Positions 1 through 12,000 of a DNA stretch of 64,000 bases are shown here, one piece after another. Each line of letters starts with the position of its first letter. Position 1 is the stretch's first letter. This stretch comes from an uncultured bacterium (GTDB taxonomy: Bacteria > Omnitrophota > Gorgyraeia > Zapsychrales > Aceulaceae): the NCBI GenBank assembly GCA_937930175.1, contig CALGLP010000023.1, positions 27,205 to 91,204 of the forward strand, read 5' to 3'. The notes under the pieces were generated by a model. It ran no database searches. It saw nothing but the letters and a program-made list of their open reading frames with translations, and was not told the DNA's origin. The translations under genes were made by a program, and so were the position numbers.

Positions 1-1
1 A

Positions 2-3000
2 ACACGAATATCAAAAGAGCCAAGCTTTGCTCAGACGACCATCGCGATCGAGGAGCAATGCAGCAAAGGTCTTCTGACTTCAAGACAAAAAAATGCTGCC
101 TTGGCTTATTTTGAAAAACAAGCGGAAATCAAAAGGCTTTTACGCGCCATTAAAGCCAGCGACGGCAATCACCTGGCCGATCGGATGGCGCTGGCCGCGT
201 TGTATGAAGAGATGTGGATGTTTCCGCAAGCCGTGGAGCAGCTGGAAAAAGTTTGTGCGATCAATAAGAATTCCTGGACCGCGCTAACGCGCTTGGCGAA
301 TCTTTATGTTGAGCGCTATCCTTATCTACAAGGTGATAAAACAAAGTTTCCTAATAAAGCTTTTGCTTGTGCTGTCAAAGCTGTCAAGGTTTTCCCAGGC
401 TTGCTTCAGGGAGATTCATTAAATTGGGAATTGAGGAATTGTGTTAAAAAGGCAAAGGAAACCGGTTGTGCTTTTGATGAGATGCCTCAAAGGTTTGAGC
501 TGACGTGGATCCCTGAGGAGCAAACAGGAGCCTCGGCAATTGAAAATATCTCCTCCGCTCTTGAGTCCGCGCGTGCTTCCTCGCCGGAAAATGTTTCCCG
601 CGCCAGCGCGCCGGATGGACTTAAAATCGCTCAATTATTAGGACTAAAAAGTGAAGAATCCATAAATTATTTAACTAATGAAGAATTACAAGCCATTCAG
701 GAAATTGTCCATCTGGTTCTTTGTTGCGAGGAATACTGCTGTGTCTGCGAAAGAAGAGATGTTTTTGACTTTTTAAAGCGACTAATCGTTCTTGAGGAAA
801 ATAAAAGTAATCCGCCCATTCTTTATATAAGTGGTTGGTGCCAAGACCGCCTAAGTGCTTTCAAGCTCTTGCGAACAATTGTCGTTGGGCATGAACATTC
901 TATATTTGCTATATATCATATTTTGTCTACACTCTATTTTGTCATTTGCGATATGATCAAAAAATGTAATGACGGTAAATCTTTGGACTGCGCGGGGGAA
1001 AAGGCAATAGAGAAAGTCTTATCGGAAGAATATTTAGGAAAGAAAGACTTGTGGTTTAACTGTCAGGGAAGGGGCACTTTTTTAAGCGAATCATATGATA
1101 TAGGATTATTTGTCTTAAGAAATCCAAATTTATTAAAACGCATCCTTGAAGGTTTATTAGACGGACACGGAATTATAAGTAGGGCTTCTCATATTATAGC
1201 GACAGGCGTTCTATCTTTGTTGGATGAAGACATATATCCAATAACATCCGCAGAAAGCCTGCCGGCAAGGGCTCCTGCTGTGCAGGAAAGCGATTTAAAG
1301 CTCCTGCCTGTTTTTTATAAATTATTTCAAGCTGGATTGCCAGAGAGTGAGTTAAAAATAGCTGGTAGAAATATACAGCATTTATCTTGCGCCAAGGGTT
1401 TTTGTATTAAATTGATCAAAAGAGGTGAAGAATTAACAAAAGTTAATGGGGAGCCTTTCTTATATCAAAAGGCGCGTCAAAAAAGTACTATATCTTATAC
1501 AGGCATCATTCCTGAGCCATGTCAACCGATAGGCGCAAAACCAAGGATCTTTTTATTCAGGATCTCCCGTGAATATCTAGAAGGTTTGGTTAATTTTGAT
1601 TTTACCGAGTGGAATAACCCGTTGTTGATTATTAGGGATGACTCAGGAGATGAATTTTATTGTGGCTGGGCTTATCAGGCGGATATCCGATATTTCGAAT
1701 ATTGTGATGATGTAAGTGCCAGCGAAAGTCTGTTTCTATTTAAAAATTGCGCGGCTCTTATTAAAGAATTTGGCATACTTCATACGGAGTTAATTCCGAT
1801 ATTTCATTCCGGGTGTAATTATAATTTAGATTGGTTCCCGGCAGGGGTTATTTGTGATACGTCTTTCGATTTCCCAAATTTAAGATCATCGATTGGAACT
1901 ATAGCGGATTGGTCTTTGGACCATCTTGGGAGAATGTCGGCATATTGCGTCCGTCAGCAGCTTTTCTGCCTGACGATATTTATTGCTCAGCGCCTGATCT
2001 TCAATGGTTCCTCCGTGGAAAACTTAAGCAGGATATTAAAAGAAAGTTTTAACGCCTATTGCCAGGAATTGCTGGGATATGTGCCAGAATCGCTTGGCAG
2101 AATAAGCTATTATTATTACGCCGATGGCTTATTTCAGGCATCTCAAGGTGGAACTAGGGAAGATACTTGGCCTGGCAATCCAAATAGCGCCTTGCCTGTT
2201 GGCGCTCATCGCTTGCTTGATTTGATCGGATTTGTGTCTATGGAGGTTTTACAGGGGTTGATAAACAATGTAACTTCGCCAGCGAGTGCAGGGTGGGATC
2301 AGGAGGGAAGCAGTCCAGAATCCGATCCTTCATCAACGCCGGTGGGAGAAAAAATTTCTTCTAAAGGGATCGAGACTAAAGAATTCGAAAATGTCTCTAC
2401 GTTAATAGACTTGATCAGAGGCAGTCTGGACTTATTATCTTTAAATACGTTGTTTTTGTTGTTATTTTCTGAAGACAAGACGGCATGGAGAAAATTGATA
2501 AAGCAACGCGGTAAAGATGGCGAACTGCTAAAAGGCAAAAAATTAAAGAATGCCATTAAACGCGTTAGTCAAATGTTTGTCTCTGCGCAGAAGAAAAGCA
2601 TCATCTTGGAGGGCTATATACAAGGCAGACACAGAGGCAGAGATCTTCTTCTTATAAAACCCGAAATAGGCAGTATTCTGTTGGCGCTGAGGGATCAAAT
2701 CGCCCAGCAGCAAGGAACCACCGTTGCCGATGCTGGAAAAACATACGGCATTATAGACAGAGCCGGGAGAAAGACGCAAGCAAGAATCGGCGATCCTGTA
2801 TTTCATGTTACAGGCTCACAAAAGATAACAATAAGTATAATTCTCGACATAGACCCTATCGGCGGGTGCCTTAAACTAAACAAAGAAAATCTAAGCTGGG
2901 ATTGGTTTAATGGTGGGTGCGTATTTACGTCTCGAGAGGATGCAGAAAGGTGCATAAGCAGTTCTGTTTTTAAGGATAAATCGCATTGCATCATTTGGTC

Positions 3001-6000
3001 AGCTATGTTTTTACTGTTGAACTCGTGGCTAAACTCGCTCTTTATCTACGACCCGTTGATGACTTCATCAATTCTTCCCGCTATTTTAACCCTTGGGCTG
3101 ATCGGCCCGACAGCGGTAAGCTTGTCGGGTTTATTCCAAGCCAGCACTGTCAATAACGCGGGATTACTGGATGCGGGTGTTTGGCAATGGCTTGCGGGCT
3201 TCTGGCAGGAGCGCGGGGCTTTATCTCTATCCATGTCAGGATCTTTTTCATCGGGAAATTCCTTGGATCAGACTGTTTCGTCATCTTTGATCGACCGCAT
3301 CTCAGGGCCGAACGCAGTCATTCGGGATTTCGAGATCAACGATGACTGCATGACTCTGACGGCGCAACACAAAGGGGTTACTGTTAAGGTCAGGATCGCG
3401 CATAAGTTATGCACGGTTATTTCGCTGGGTGCACGCAACCATAGTAAGCTCAACTCTATTCCGGCAGAAGCTAATCTTTTGAGGATTAAGGATATGGTGT
3501 TCGACAAAGAAGGTTTCGAATCCCAACATCCCTCCTTTTATGTAAACAAGGCCCGGGAAACCCTACAGGACGATCGATGGTGGCATATCGACGGGATTCG
3601 CGAGATTCCCATTGCCTCGATCTTTCGCATGCACAATACCTCCATTTTTAAATATTTCAGTATTTTGAGCCGGATCAACGATGAGGAATCGACTTGGAAT
3701 AAATTCATCCAAGAATTTCCGATCGATATCTTGGATATAGGATATGGGCAATATTTTATCCTTAAAGGAATGCATCGTTTTGACCTGGCTTACCTCTTGG
3801 GTCTTCAGGACGGGGAAATCCCCTGCAAAGTCTACCGGGTTAAAGAAAGTCGTATGAGCGAGAATGTCATGATCGGAAGCCTTTGGCAGTATATCGAAAT
3901 GCTTCAAGATGAGCTGGGCCCGAAGGATTTTAGAGAAAGATTCTTTAAGCATTCGATTGGAAAATTGGTAAGTGCGGTTGATTGCCTGAAGCCCGTTGCA
4001 TCTTACGAATATGAAAAGGCAAGCAATACAGTGACCATGACTTTTCCTTTCGTGGAGCTTTCGAATAAAAAAACGTCCTTAAAGAATCAGAACTCTAAAA
4101 TGCAGTATCTTTTTTGTCTTATTGCGGTTTTGACCGACATTGATCCTGAAGGGTTGCTTCCGTATGTTCTTGAAGAAGGGGCTAGGTCAGGGATTTTCCC
4201 CGCGTTAATAAGCTCTTCGCTCAAAACAGCCGCCCGCGCCAGCGCGCCGGGGAGTTATAAGACTCCGACGTTTATCCGCTCCTTGATCGGCTTACGGCAG
4301 AAATATTTCCCAGACAAACCCGGGCAGGCTGCGAAGCAGGGTCTTCATGAAGGCGTGAATGCGATCTGCGATTTCATTTTTGTGTTTTTTCAGGAGATCA
4401 AATTCAAGGGTTCTGTTGATATCTTCAAACCGCTGTTCTTTCAATACGACTTAAGTGACTTGTTTCAAACCCTTGCGGCTACGCCGGCAGATATCCTGAC
4501 GCCGCGCAACAAAATCGTTCAGAAGATCATTCGAGCCTTTTTAGCGATCGAGACAAAAGATTTCGAAAAGTCCTGGGCAGCGCTCTTGGAGACCGCGCGG
4601 GATTGCGTTAATCAAAAAAACAAAGATTTGGGCACATTTTGTTTCTCGACGATGCTGGATCTTTTTTATTCCTTGGTCCAGACTAAGGATATAAATGACT
4701 TTAGCATCAAGATATCGTGGGTTGTGGAAGGGCTGAAGAACACCAAGGATGTTGTGGCGCTTGCCTTGGGCGTTAACCTTATTGATGTTTTGCGCGCCAC
4801 CCTGGCGAACGAAATGGCCCAGGGGAAGAAAAGACCCTTGGCGGACCATCAGATCTTTGCGATCATACTCGAGAAAGACATCGCCCTGCGCGCAGACGAG
4901 ACGATTAAAAAGACGCTGGAGCAGGATCCAGAGTTTTACAATCAGGTCGCTTATAGCGATGAAAAGCTCGCGGCTTTGTATGATCAACTCGGGCAAGTGT
5001 ACCTGTTCATCGATCGGTATGCGCCGGAGATGGTCCGAAAAGCAGAAAAGGTTACCAACCAAGCGCTTTGGCTTGTGCCGGATCATGAGCCCTATTTGAT
5101 CCATTTGATCGATATTCATCTTCGTCAGGCAGGATTTTCTATCTTGGAAGGGGATTTTGTAAGCGCGTACGCCCGCTGCAGCGAAGCTGTTCGCCTGGAT
5201 GGTTTTGTTATCAAGAATAACGGCCAAAGCCAAGTGCCATTGATCCATTTTTATTCCGTGATCCTGGAAGTTCTCGATCCGGCGGGCGAAGGGGAGCGGG
5301 CGGCCAACACTTTTTGGCAGGAGGTTTTACCGGTGTTCCGGGATGAAGACCTGGTAACGGTGTTTAATCGCGTCGTTCCCCAAGCGCAGGAGGACACATC
5401 GCGTCAGAGGGCGGTGGCATTTTTTGCGGATCATTTTAAACTTTTGGGTCATGATTTAGACGATTATGCCAAGGCAGCTAAGTTTTTAGGTCAAATTGCG
5501 GATAGTCAGACCTGTGCTGCTTTGCAGGAGCACGCCAAAGATTTGTTTGAGCAAATCATCAGTAAAGGGGATTATACGGTGGCGGTTGATCAGGCGGATA
5601 TTCTCGCCAGGTTAGGGGCGCCCCGCAAGCAAGTGGAGGCCTTGAATGCTAAAGCAAAAACTTTATCGCGCCTTTGGACGGATATTCTGAAGGCTGAGAG
5701 CAGCGGTCAGCATGAAGGCGCATTGAAGAAAGCCGAACAGTTGCTTAACCAAAACTCCGGAGATGTTCGCGCTCAGAAAAAATACCAATGGCTGAAAGCT
5801 GAGATTGCAGCAGCCCAGAATCGGCAGAAGATGATCACAGATATTGAAAGCTTTCTGCGTAACGCGAACAATCAGGCGCAAAAACCGGATGAAGACAGCA
5901 AGCAAAAGGCGCGCAAGAATCTATCGAGGGTCGGGGAAATGATCGCCGGGCTTGATCCTGAAAAGGCAAAGACATATGTTGGGCGCATAGCCGCCATCGA

Positions 6001-9000
6001 AGCCCTTTTGATAGCGCAAGAAAGCGAAAGCGACGACCACGCTGAGATCAAAAAGTCTAAAAATGAAGAGCCTGCAAAAAACAAGGCGCCGCCAGCCCAA
6101 ACGACAGAGCCTGCTCCTACCGCAAAAGACCTTCCTCCGTCCAAATCCACTGTTGAAACAAAAAGTATCCGTATATATTTGGCCAGCGATATCTGGACCA
6201 CTTTGCAACAAGGACAACGCTTAGAATTATACAATCGTTTTCTTGGTTCGATCAAGTCATTAGCTAATCGCATCCTTGGCCAGCAACATCATTATAAGAT
6301 TAAAGATATTACCCGTGGATATCCTGTGAATCGTATCCATGTCGGCAAAATCCATCATTTTGCGTACACTGTTTCTATCTCGCAAGAGGATGGGGCGCAA
6401 ATATGGCTATTTTTTGATTACGAGAAAAGCCAAGGGAACAAAGGATATAAAAGGCTAGCTGATAGGCAGGCGCTTGATTATCTTTTTACAAATTTTGATA
6501 AGATTTTAAGAGACGCGGTTCTTGTTTATGAAACATCCTCCAGCGCTTTGGGTTTTGGCGACGCGCGGGTTGCATCGAGGTGCGCTTCGTCTACACCTCA
6601 GAAAAAGGTCTATCCTTTGCTATTAAGCACCGAAGAGCAAGCCTTTTCTACAAAGACTTTTGGAGAGAGCTATTTATCCGAAGCTATTGCGATTGACACA
6701 ACGGCTTTATCAGCCTCTCGCGAACAAGGCGCTGATAGACTGAACAAGATTGCTAACGCAATCTTGACATATCTTACGCAGCGCGGGCCACCAGAATTTG
6801 CCACCGATGTTAAGGCCGCATTGTTGTCCACAAAGATATTTTTTACCAATGATCTCCTCCTGCTTCAAGCAAAAGACTCCTTACCTTATATCGCTATTAC
6901 CGAAATAATCACGAAGCAAATATTTTTCCATACACAGTATCTTCAGTTTCCATTGTATAAGCAAATAGAGATTTTCTATTATGCCCTTGTCGGTTGTATG
7001 ATGAAGACAGCCTTGACTCGAGAAGAGGCAGAGGCAGACACGATTATTTTTATTTTGGAATATTTGTTTAAGACACGTCCTGAGCTGTGGATTGATCTTA
7101 ATCTCCTTGCGCAAAAGCTACAGGAAGGGTTGAAGGTTAACATAATCAAGCATGCTGGCAAGAAATTGATCTTTTATTCGCCAACAAAAAGGTGGATTGT
7201 TAAGATTAACTTAGAGCCAGATTTTGCTTTTGAGAAAGAAAAAGCATTTTTTGAAAAACACAATCCGCTTGAAGGCGCGCACATGGCTTATGCGAACAAT
7301 GAAGCCAAGTTTCTCGTTTTCAGTAATGTGTCTTATGACGGAAGGCTTAAGGATCTTTTTTCCTATTTGCACAGCGGGCAGATCAGCCTTCAAGAGGCAA
7401 AAGACGCTATCTGTGGTTATGCCTTGGTTCTTGCGAAGATACACGATAGCCGGATGGACATTTTGGATGAGGGTATTTATCTTCCGCAAGATTTTGATTC
7501 TCAGCTTGAAAGGGCATTAAATCGGTGTAAGTATTTGGCCGACCAAGGCTATCTCGATCTTCCTTCACGAGAGCAAATTATTGCAGCACATCACGATGTT
7601 CGCGACGATCAACTCGTCATGCATCATGGCGACCCAGGACTTACGAATTTTTTTGTTGACCCCTGGACGAGGGAAATAGGTGCGGTCATTGATGGAGAAG
7701 CCAGCTCACGTGGCGCGCGTAGCAAGGAATTGGCGAAAGTGATTGTCACGCTTATTGACGCTCAGAAAAATAGCCCCTTTCTTATTCAGAATTTTTATTC
7801 TTTGTTTATAGCTTTTCTTGATTCCTACTTTGATGCAAGTAAGGTTAATCCTTCGATTATTATGGCAGCGATACCGTATTATTTGGCGACAGAGCTTCTC
7901 TGGTATGCAGAAGAAACCCAGCGTATCCTTGGGAATAGGACGTGGGTCGCTTGGCGTCTTGAACTATGCCGATGGGCTTTGTCGATTGAGAAATTCACGC
8001 CAACGCGATTGATCGCTTTTTTGAGCGAAGGTCTTTCCTATGTGCGTGTAAACTCAGTTACGACTAAGATTGTCTCTCCTTTATTTTCTGAAGTAATGGC
8101 TTCGGGTTTTGAGATGAACCTGGAGCCTCATGAAACTGCTAAAATTTTTGTGTATGTCGATGTTGAAAACTCCTCGGAAAAAGTGATTTCCCTGATGCGA
8201 ATACCTGCTGAGCTTTGGAGTGATATTGATCAACAGGATGTTTGGAGAGGTGTTGGTCCGCTTGAATTGATTCATTATGGAGATGGAAAAGCTGTGTTTA
8301 TGGCTAAGGCTTTGGCAGAGATTTCCAATAGGCCGGAGTCTTTTTATCAGTTAACTTCGCGCATTGGTCAGGCGTGGGCGGATTTGCCTCGAGGGAACCT
8401 TAAGATAAAAGTTAGTTTAAGCAAGCTAGAGAGGAAGTCATGGGAAGAGTCACTTCAGGTTTTTTGGGGAGCGGTTATGCTGGATTGGGATGGAACAATC
8501 AAGGGGTATGGAAACAAGGCTCCTTCAATTTCTATCTTTGACCACATTGCTAGGCTTAATGCGGCAAAGGTTCCCGTTGCCATCAATACGGGGCGTAGGA
8601 AGGCAGAAGATACTAGAGAAATCTATGACTTTTTTAAAGAGATAGGGGAGCGGCTCGGTGATCATTTTCATCCAGAGCTATGTTATTTTTATTTTAGCAC
8701 AGCTTCCCTCGCCTATGTTTATAACAACTCAGAGGCATTGTATCAGGCACACATCCAGGATGATTATTTGGCGCATGCTATGGACGTTCTAAGGCAGAAA
8801 CATTTTGATCCCTTTGTTAAGGATGTGGATATTGGCCAAGAGGCGATTAGTTTTACCTTTAAAGGTGCCTGCGATCGAGGGTTGTTTGCGGATCGGCTCA
8901 ACAGAAAGCTTTCCCAAAAGCCGGGTCTGGGCGCAACCTATACGGATGATTATTTTCAGGTCGGCATTTGTGATAAGCATATAGGACTACAGGACTTCTC

Positions 9001-12000
9001 GCAGCGCATCGGGGTGCCGATCGATTATATTTTGCGCATTGGAGATCAAGGACAGCCCTTAGGCGTTGATAATCCCATGATCAATACGAGAGGCGGGTTG
9101 AGCGTTAATCATTTTGATGTTTCTTATGTCTGGCCGCTTAGCACGATCAAAATTCTTGGCCTGAAGAGTGTTGATGGCGCCGAATGGCTTTTAAAGAATT
9201 TTAAGTTTAGATCACCGTTTGTTTCTTCAGCGCTCACGCAGAATAGGGCAGAAGCTTGGCCGTTCAGAGCCCCAGCTTCCAGCAATCTTTTGAACACGAT
9301 TGAGAAACGGCAGCGTATTGCGCAACACAACCGTGAGCGTTTTGGGTCGCTTGTACTTCAGGTCCTTGAAAAAATGTTGACGAGGGTTAATGAGGGTATC
9401 GTGCAAGAAGTGGAGAGGCGAAATCCAGAGCCTGGGGTTTTAAACGCTCTTTATGTTTTAAATGCCCGCGTGGCTTATTACTTAAGCTTTTTTGAAAGCA
9501 GCAAGGCAAGAGCGCAACCCTTGGCAAAATATATCCTTGGCGAACCGTATCCTCAGGCGCAGTTGATCGCCCTCCATGCCTTGCTGAATATTAACCCTCA
9601 GGATATGCAGGCACGCGCAGCACTTCATCAATTATACCAAGAGACCAAGGAGCAAGAGGAACAGCTTGAGAAAGATATTGAAAAGATAGATTCAGATTTT
9701 AGCCAGGGCCAGGAAAGCGGAGGCTTAACCTTCTTTGAGCTCAATCCAGACCAGGAGCAATTACTAAGAGATTTTTCTTTCGCCGAGGCCCAATTAAAGC
9801 AGTCTTTAGAAATCTTTGCCAAGCTTCACGATCTGCGTATTGTCTCAGAGATCCTTGAGAAAGTTCATTCGATAAATCCTCAGGAGCGCATACAAGGGGC
9901 GGAATTGATTATTGCTTTTGATGATCCTGCCTTTATTCCCATTTTGAAGAGCGAGGGGATATTGCCTATGGATGACCAAGCGAGCAAGCCGATCGAAGAG
10001 ACTCTTTCAATCTTTAAAACGAATCTTTATTTTTTAGAGGCTATAGGATTCTTAGGAGATCAGAGGTTTGTTGAGCAACAACTGATCGCATGGAAGCCAT
10101 TTTTTATCAAAGTCCGTAGAGCTTGGCTTTTGCATCCACACCCTGGGCTTGATGAGATCGTGGCCAAGAGCCTTTTTAGCCTCGGCCTTAGACAGAGAAG
10201 CGCTGTTGTTAAGAATATTCAGGACATATGGAGCAATCCTCGTTTGGCGCAAAAGGATGCTTTTCTAAGAACGATGATCGATGTTATCGCTAATCTTGGA
10301 TTGGTTGAGTATATGCAGGATATTGACCGGAAGTATCAGGTGATTTGTAAAAAAGAGGCGGTACTTCAGCGTGAGCGCCTGGAGCAAATTCTTTTGAGCC
10401 TGGGGCACCAAAGAGTTTCCGATCATTTTAATTGGCGGTTAAGTCAATACATTGAGAACCAAGGTGAAAGTACTGCGGCGGAGGCCAGGTTGATTCTTGA
10501 CAAGGTCGGCATGGTTATGCAGGCCTGTGGGTTTGCGGTGTCATCGTCGGGTGTGAAGGCAATAGAGCCTCAGGTGGACAGGATGAGCAGCACAGGCATA
10601 AAAAGCCGCAGGTCTAAAGAAGCAAAGAAGGTGGATTACGACCTTATTATGAAATTTCTTAAAGAGAACGATTTGCGAGCCTTAGGGGTATTTTTTGAAA
10701 AACATCGAGAGTCTTTTATAGGGTATCTAACGAACAGCTATTTTGGCTCTATGACTAAGGAAGATGCCGAGGATATTCTTCAGAATGTTTACATTAGAAT
10801 CATTCGTACGCGCGGCAATCTTAAGTCGCAATTTCACGGAAAAGATGATCCCTTGCCTTGGATTTATCCTATTTTGCGTAATGCCTCCTACACATGGCTC
10901 AAGCAGAAGTCTAAGATGAAAACAATTTCTTTAGATGAAGGGGATAGTAGTTTCGAGATTCCTGACGAGCCGGTTATACCTATGGATGAGCGAGCGCGAT
11001 TTGTCGTTCTTGCGCAAGAGATAAAAACATTGTTGAGAGCATTTGTTAAAGAGAAGTTACCTCCTGTGTACAGGCTTGATTTCACTTGGCATTATGATGA
11101 GGGATGGACGGATTTGCAGATTGCTAGTTTGCGAGGTGTTAGCAGAAACACTGTGAAATCCAATCTGCGCAAGGCGCGGCGTTTTTTATGGAAGCTTTTA
11201 GAAGAAGAGCTGCGAACACGTCCGGATCTGCGAGAGTATCTTGAGTCTCTTCCTCAGGGGCGGGGTAGAAAGAGGCATGTCTTTGGCAATATCAGACCCA
11301 AAGCTGTTTCTTGTCCGATTGTTGATCGAGCGTCTTCTATCATTTTGCCCGGCGCGGCGGAGGCAGGCCTTTTTGGGAACACAAAGCGTATTGCACAATT
11401 TGAGGATGAGGCTAATCGAAAGCTGAGAACTCCGATCGGCCTTGAGATAGAACTTAATCTTCCCGAAAGTTTCTGCGACGAAAAGAATCTAAAAAAGATT
11501 ATTCAGAGTCCTCGAGATCTTCGCAGGATGCAATATATTGATTTCCACCCTGACCATGCCTACAAGCTTCCCGAATTTAGTTTTGGTCATTCATGGAGCT
11601 TTAAAACGCAAATGTATTTGTGGGAGAAGATGAAGGATATTTTAAAACTTAGGGATAGCGATGTTAATTCGGTACAAATTAATCTTGGGATTCCTTTTGA
11701 TGTTTGGAAGAAATGTTCTCTGGTGCGGTTTCGCGAGGATGCACGGCTTTTGATGTTGGCGGATGTGGTGGCTTTTGTTAGCGATAAAAGGATCAAGGCT
11801 AAGAAGACTGATAAAGTTGTGAGCTTAGATTGGGCTGAACCTATTAATGGCAGAAAGTATGTCCGTATTGAATATGGTTTTGGCGATATTCAAAACTTAA
11901 GCAAAAGCGGACCTCTTGAGCAGAACGTTCATGGGGCACTGGTGGAATATCATAGTCATTATCAGCCTAAAAAAGATGATATTTCCTTATCTGATCCTAG

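Noticed and set aside
101-103. TTG at 101 as the start codon of the giant gene (as in the ORF track)
   Set aside because: The frame is open upstream to the window edge and the upstream codons read as the same helical protein sequence. No RBS precedes 101. The nearby AGGAGcaATG at 51-60 is in a different frame and gives only a 19-codon ORF.
93-287. 64-aa + strand ORF overlapping the start of the giant frame
   Set aside because: Wrong frame relative to the motif-supported giant ORF; no homology signal.
4541-5248. 235-aa antisense ORF inside the giant gene (and similar: 50489-51142, 217 aa; 12524-12820; 32326-32778; 40607-41077; 27092-27493)
   Set aside because: They lie on the opposite strand of a densely motif-supported coding frame and have no recognisable motifs. 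This many minus-strand ORFs of 100-235 aa is expected by chance across 52 kb.
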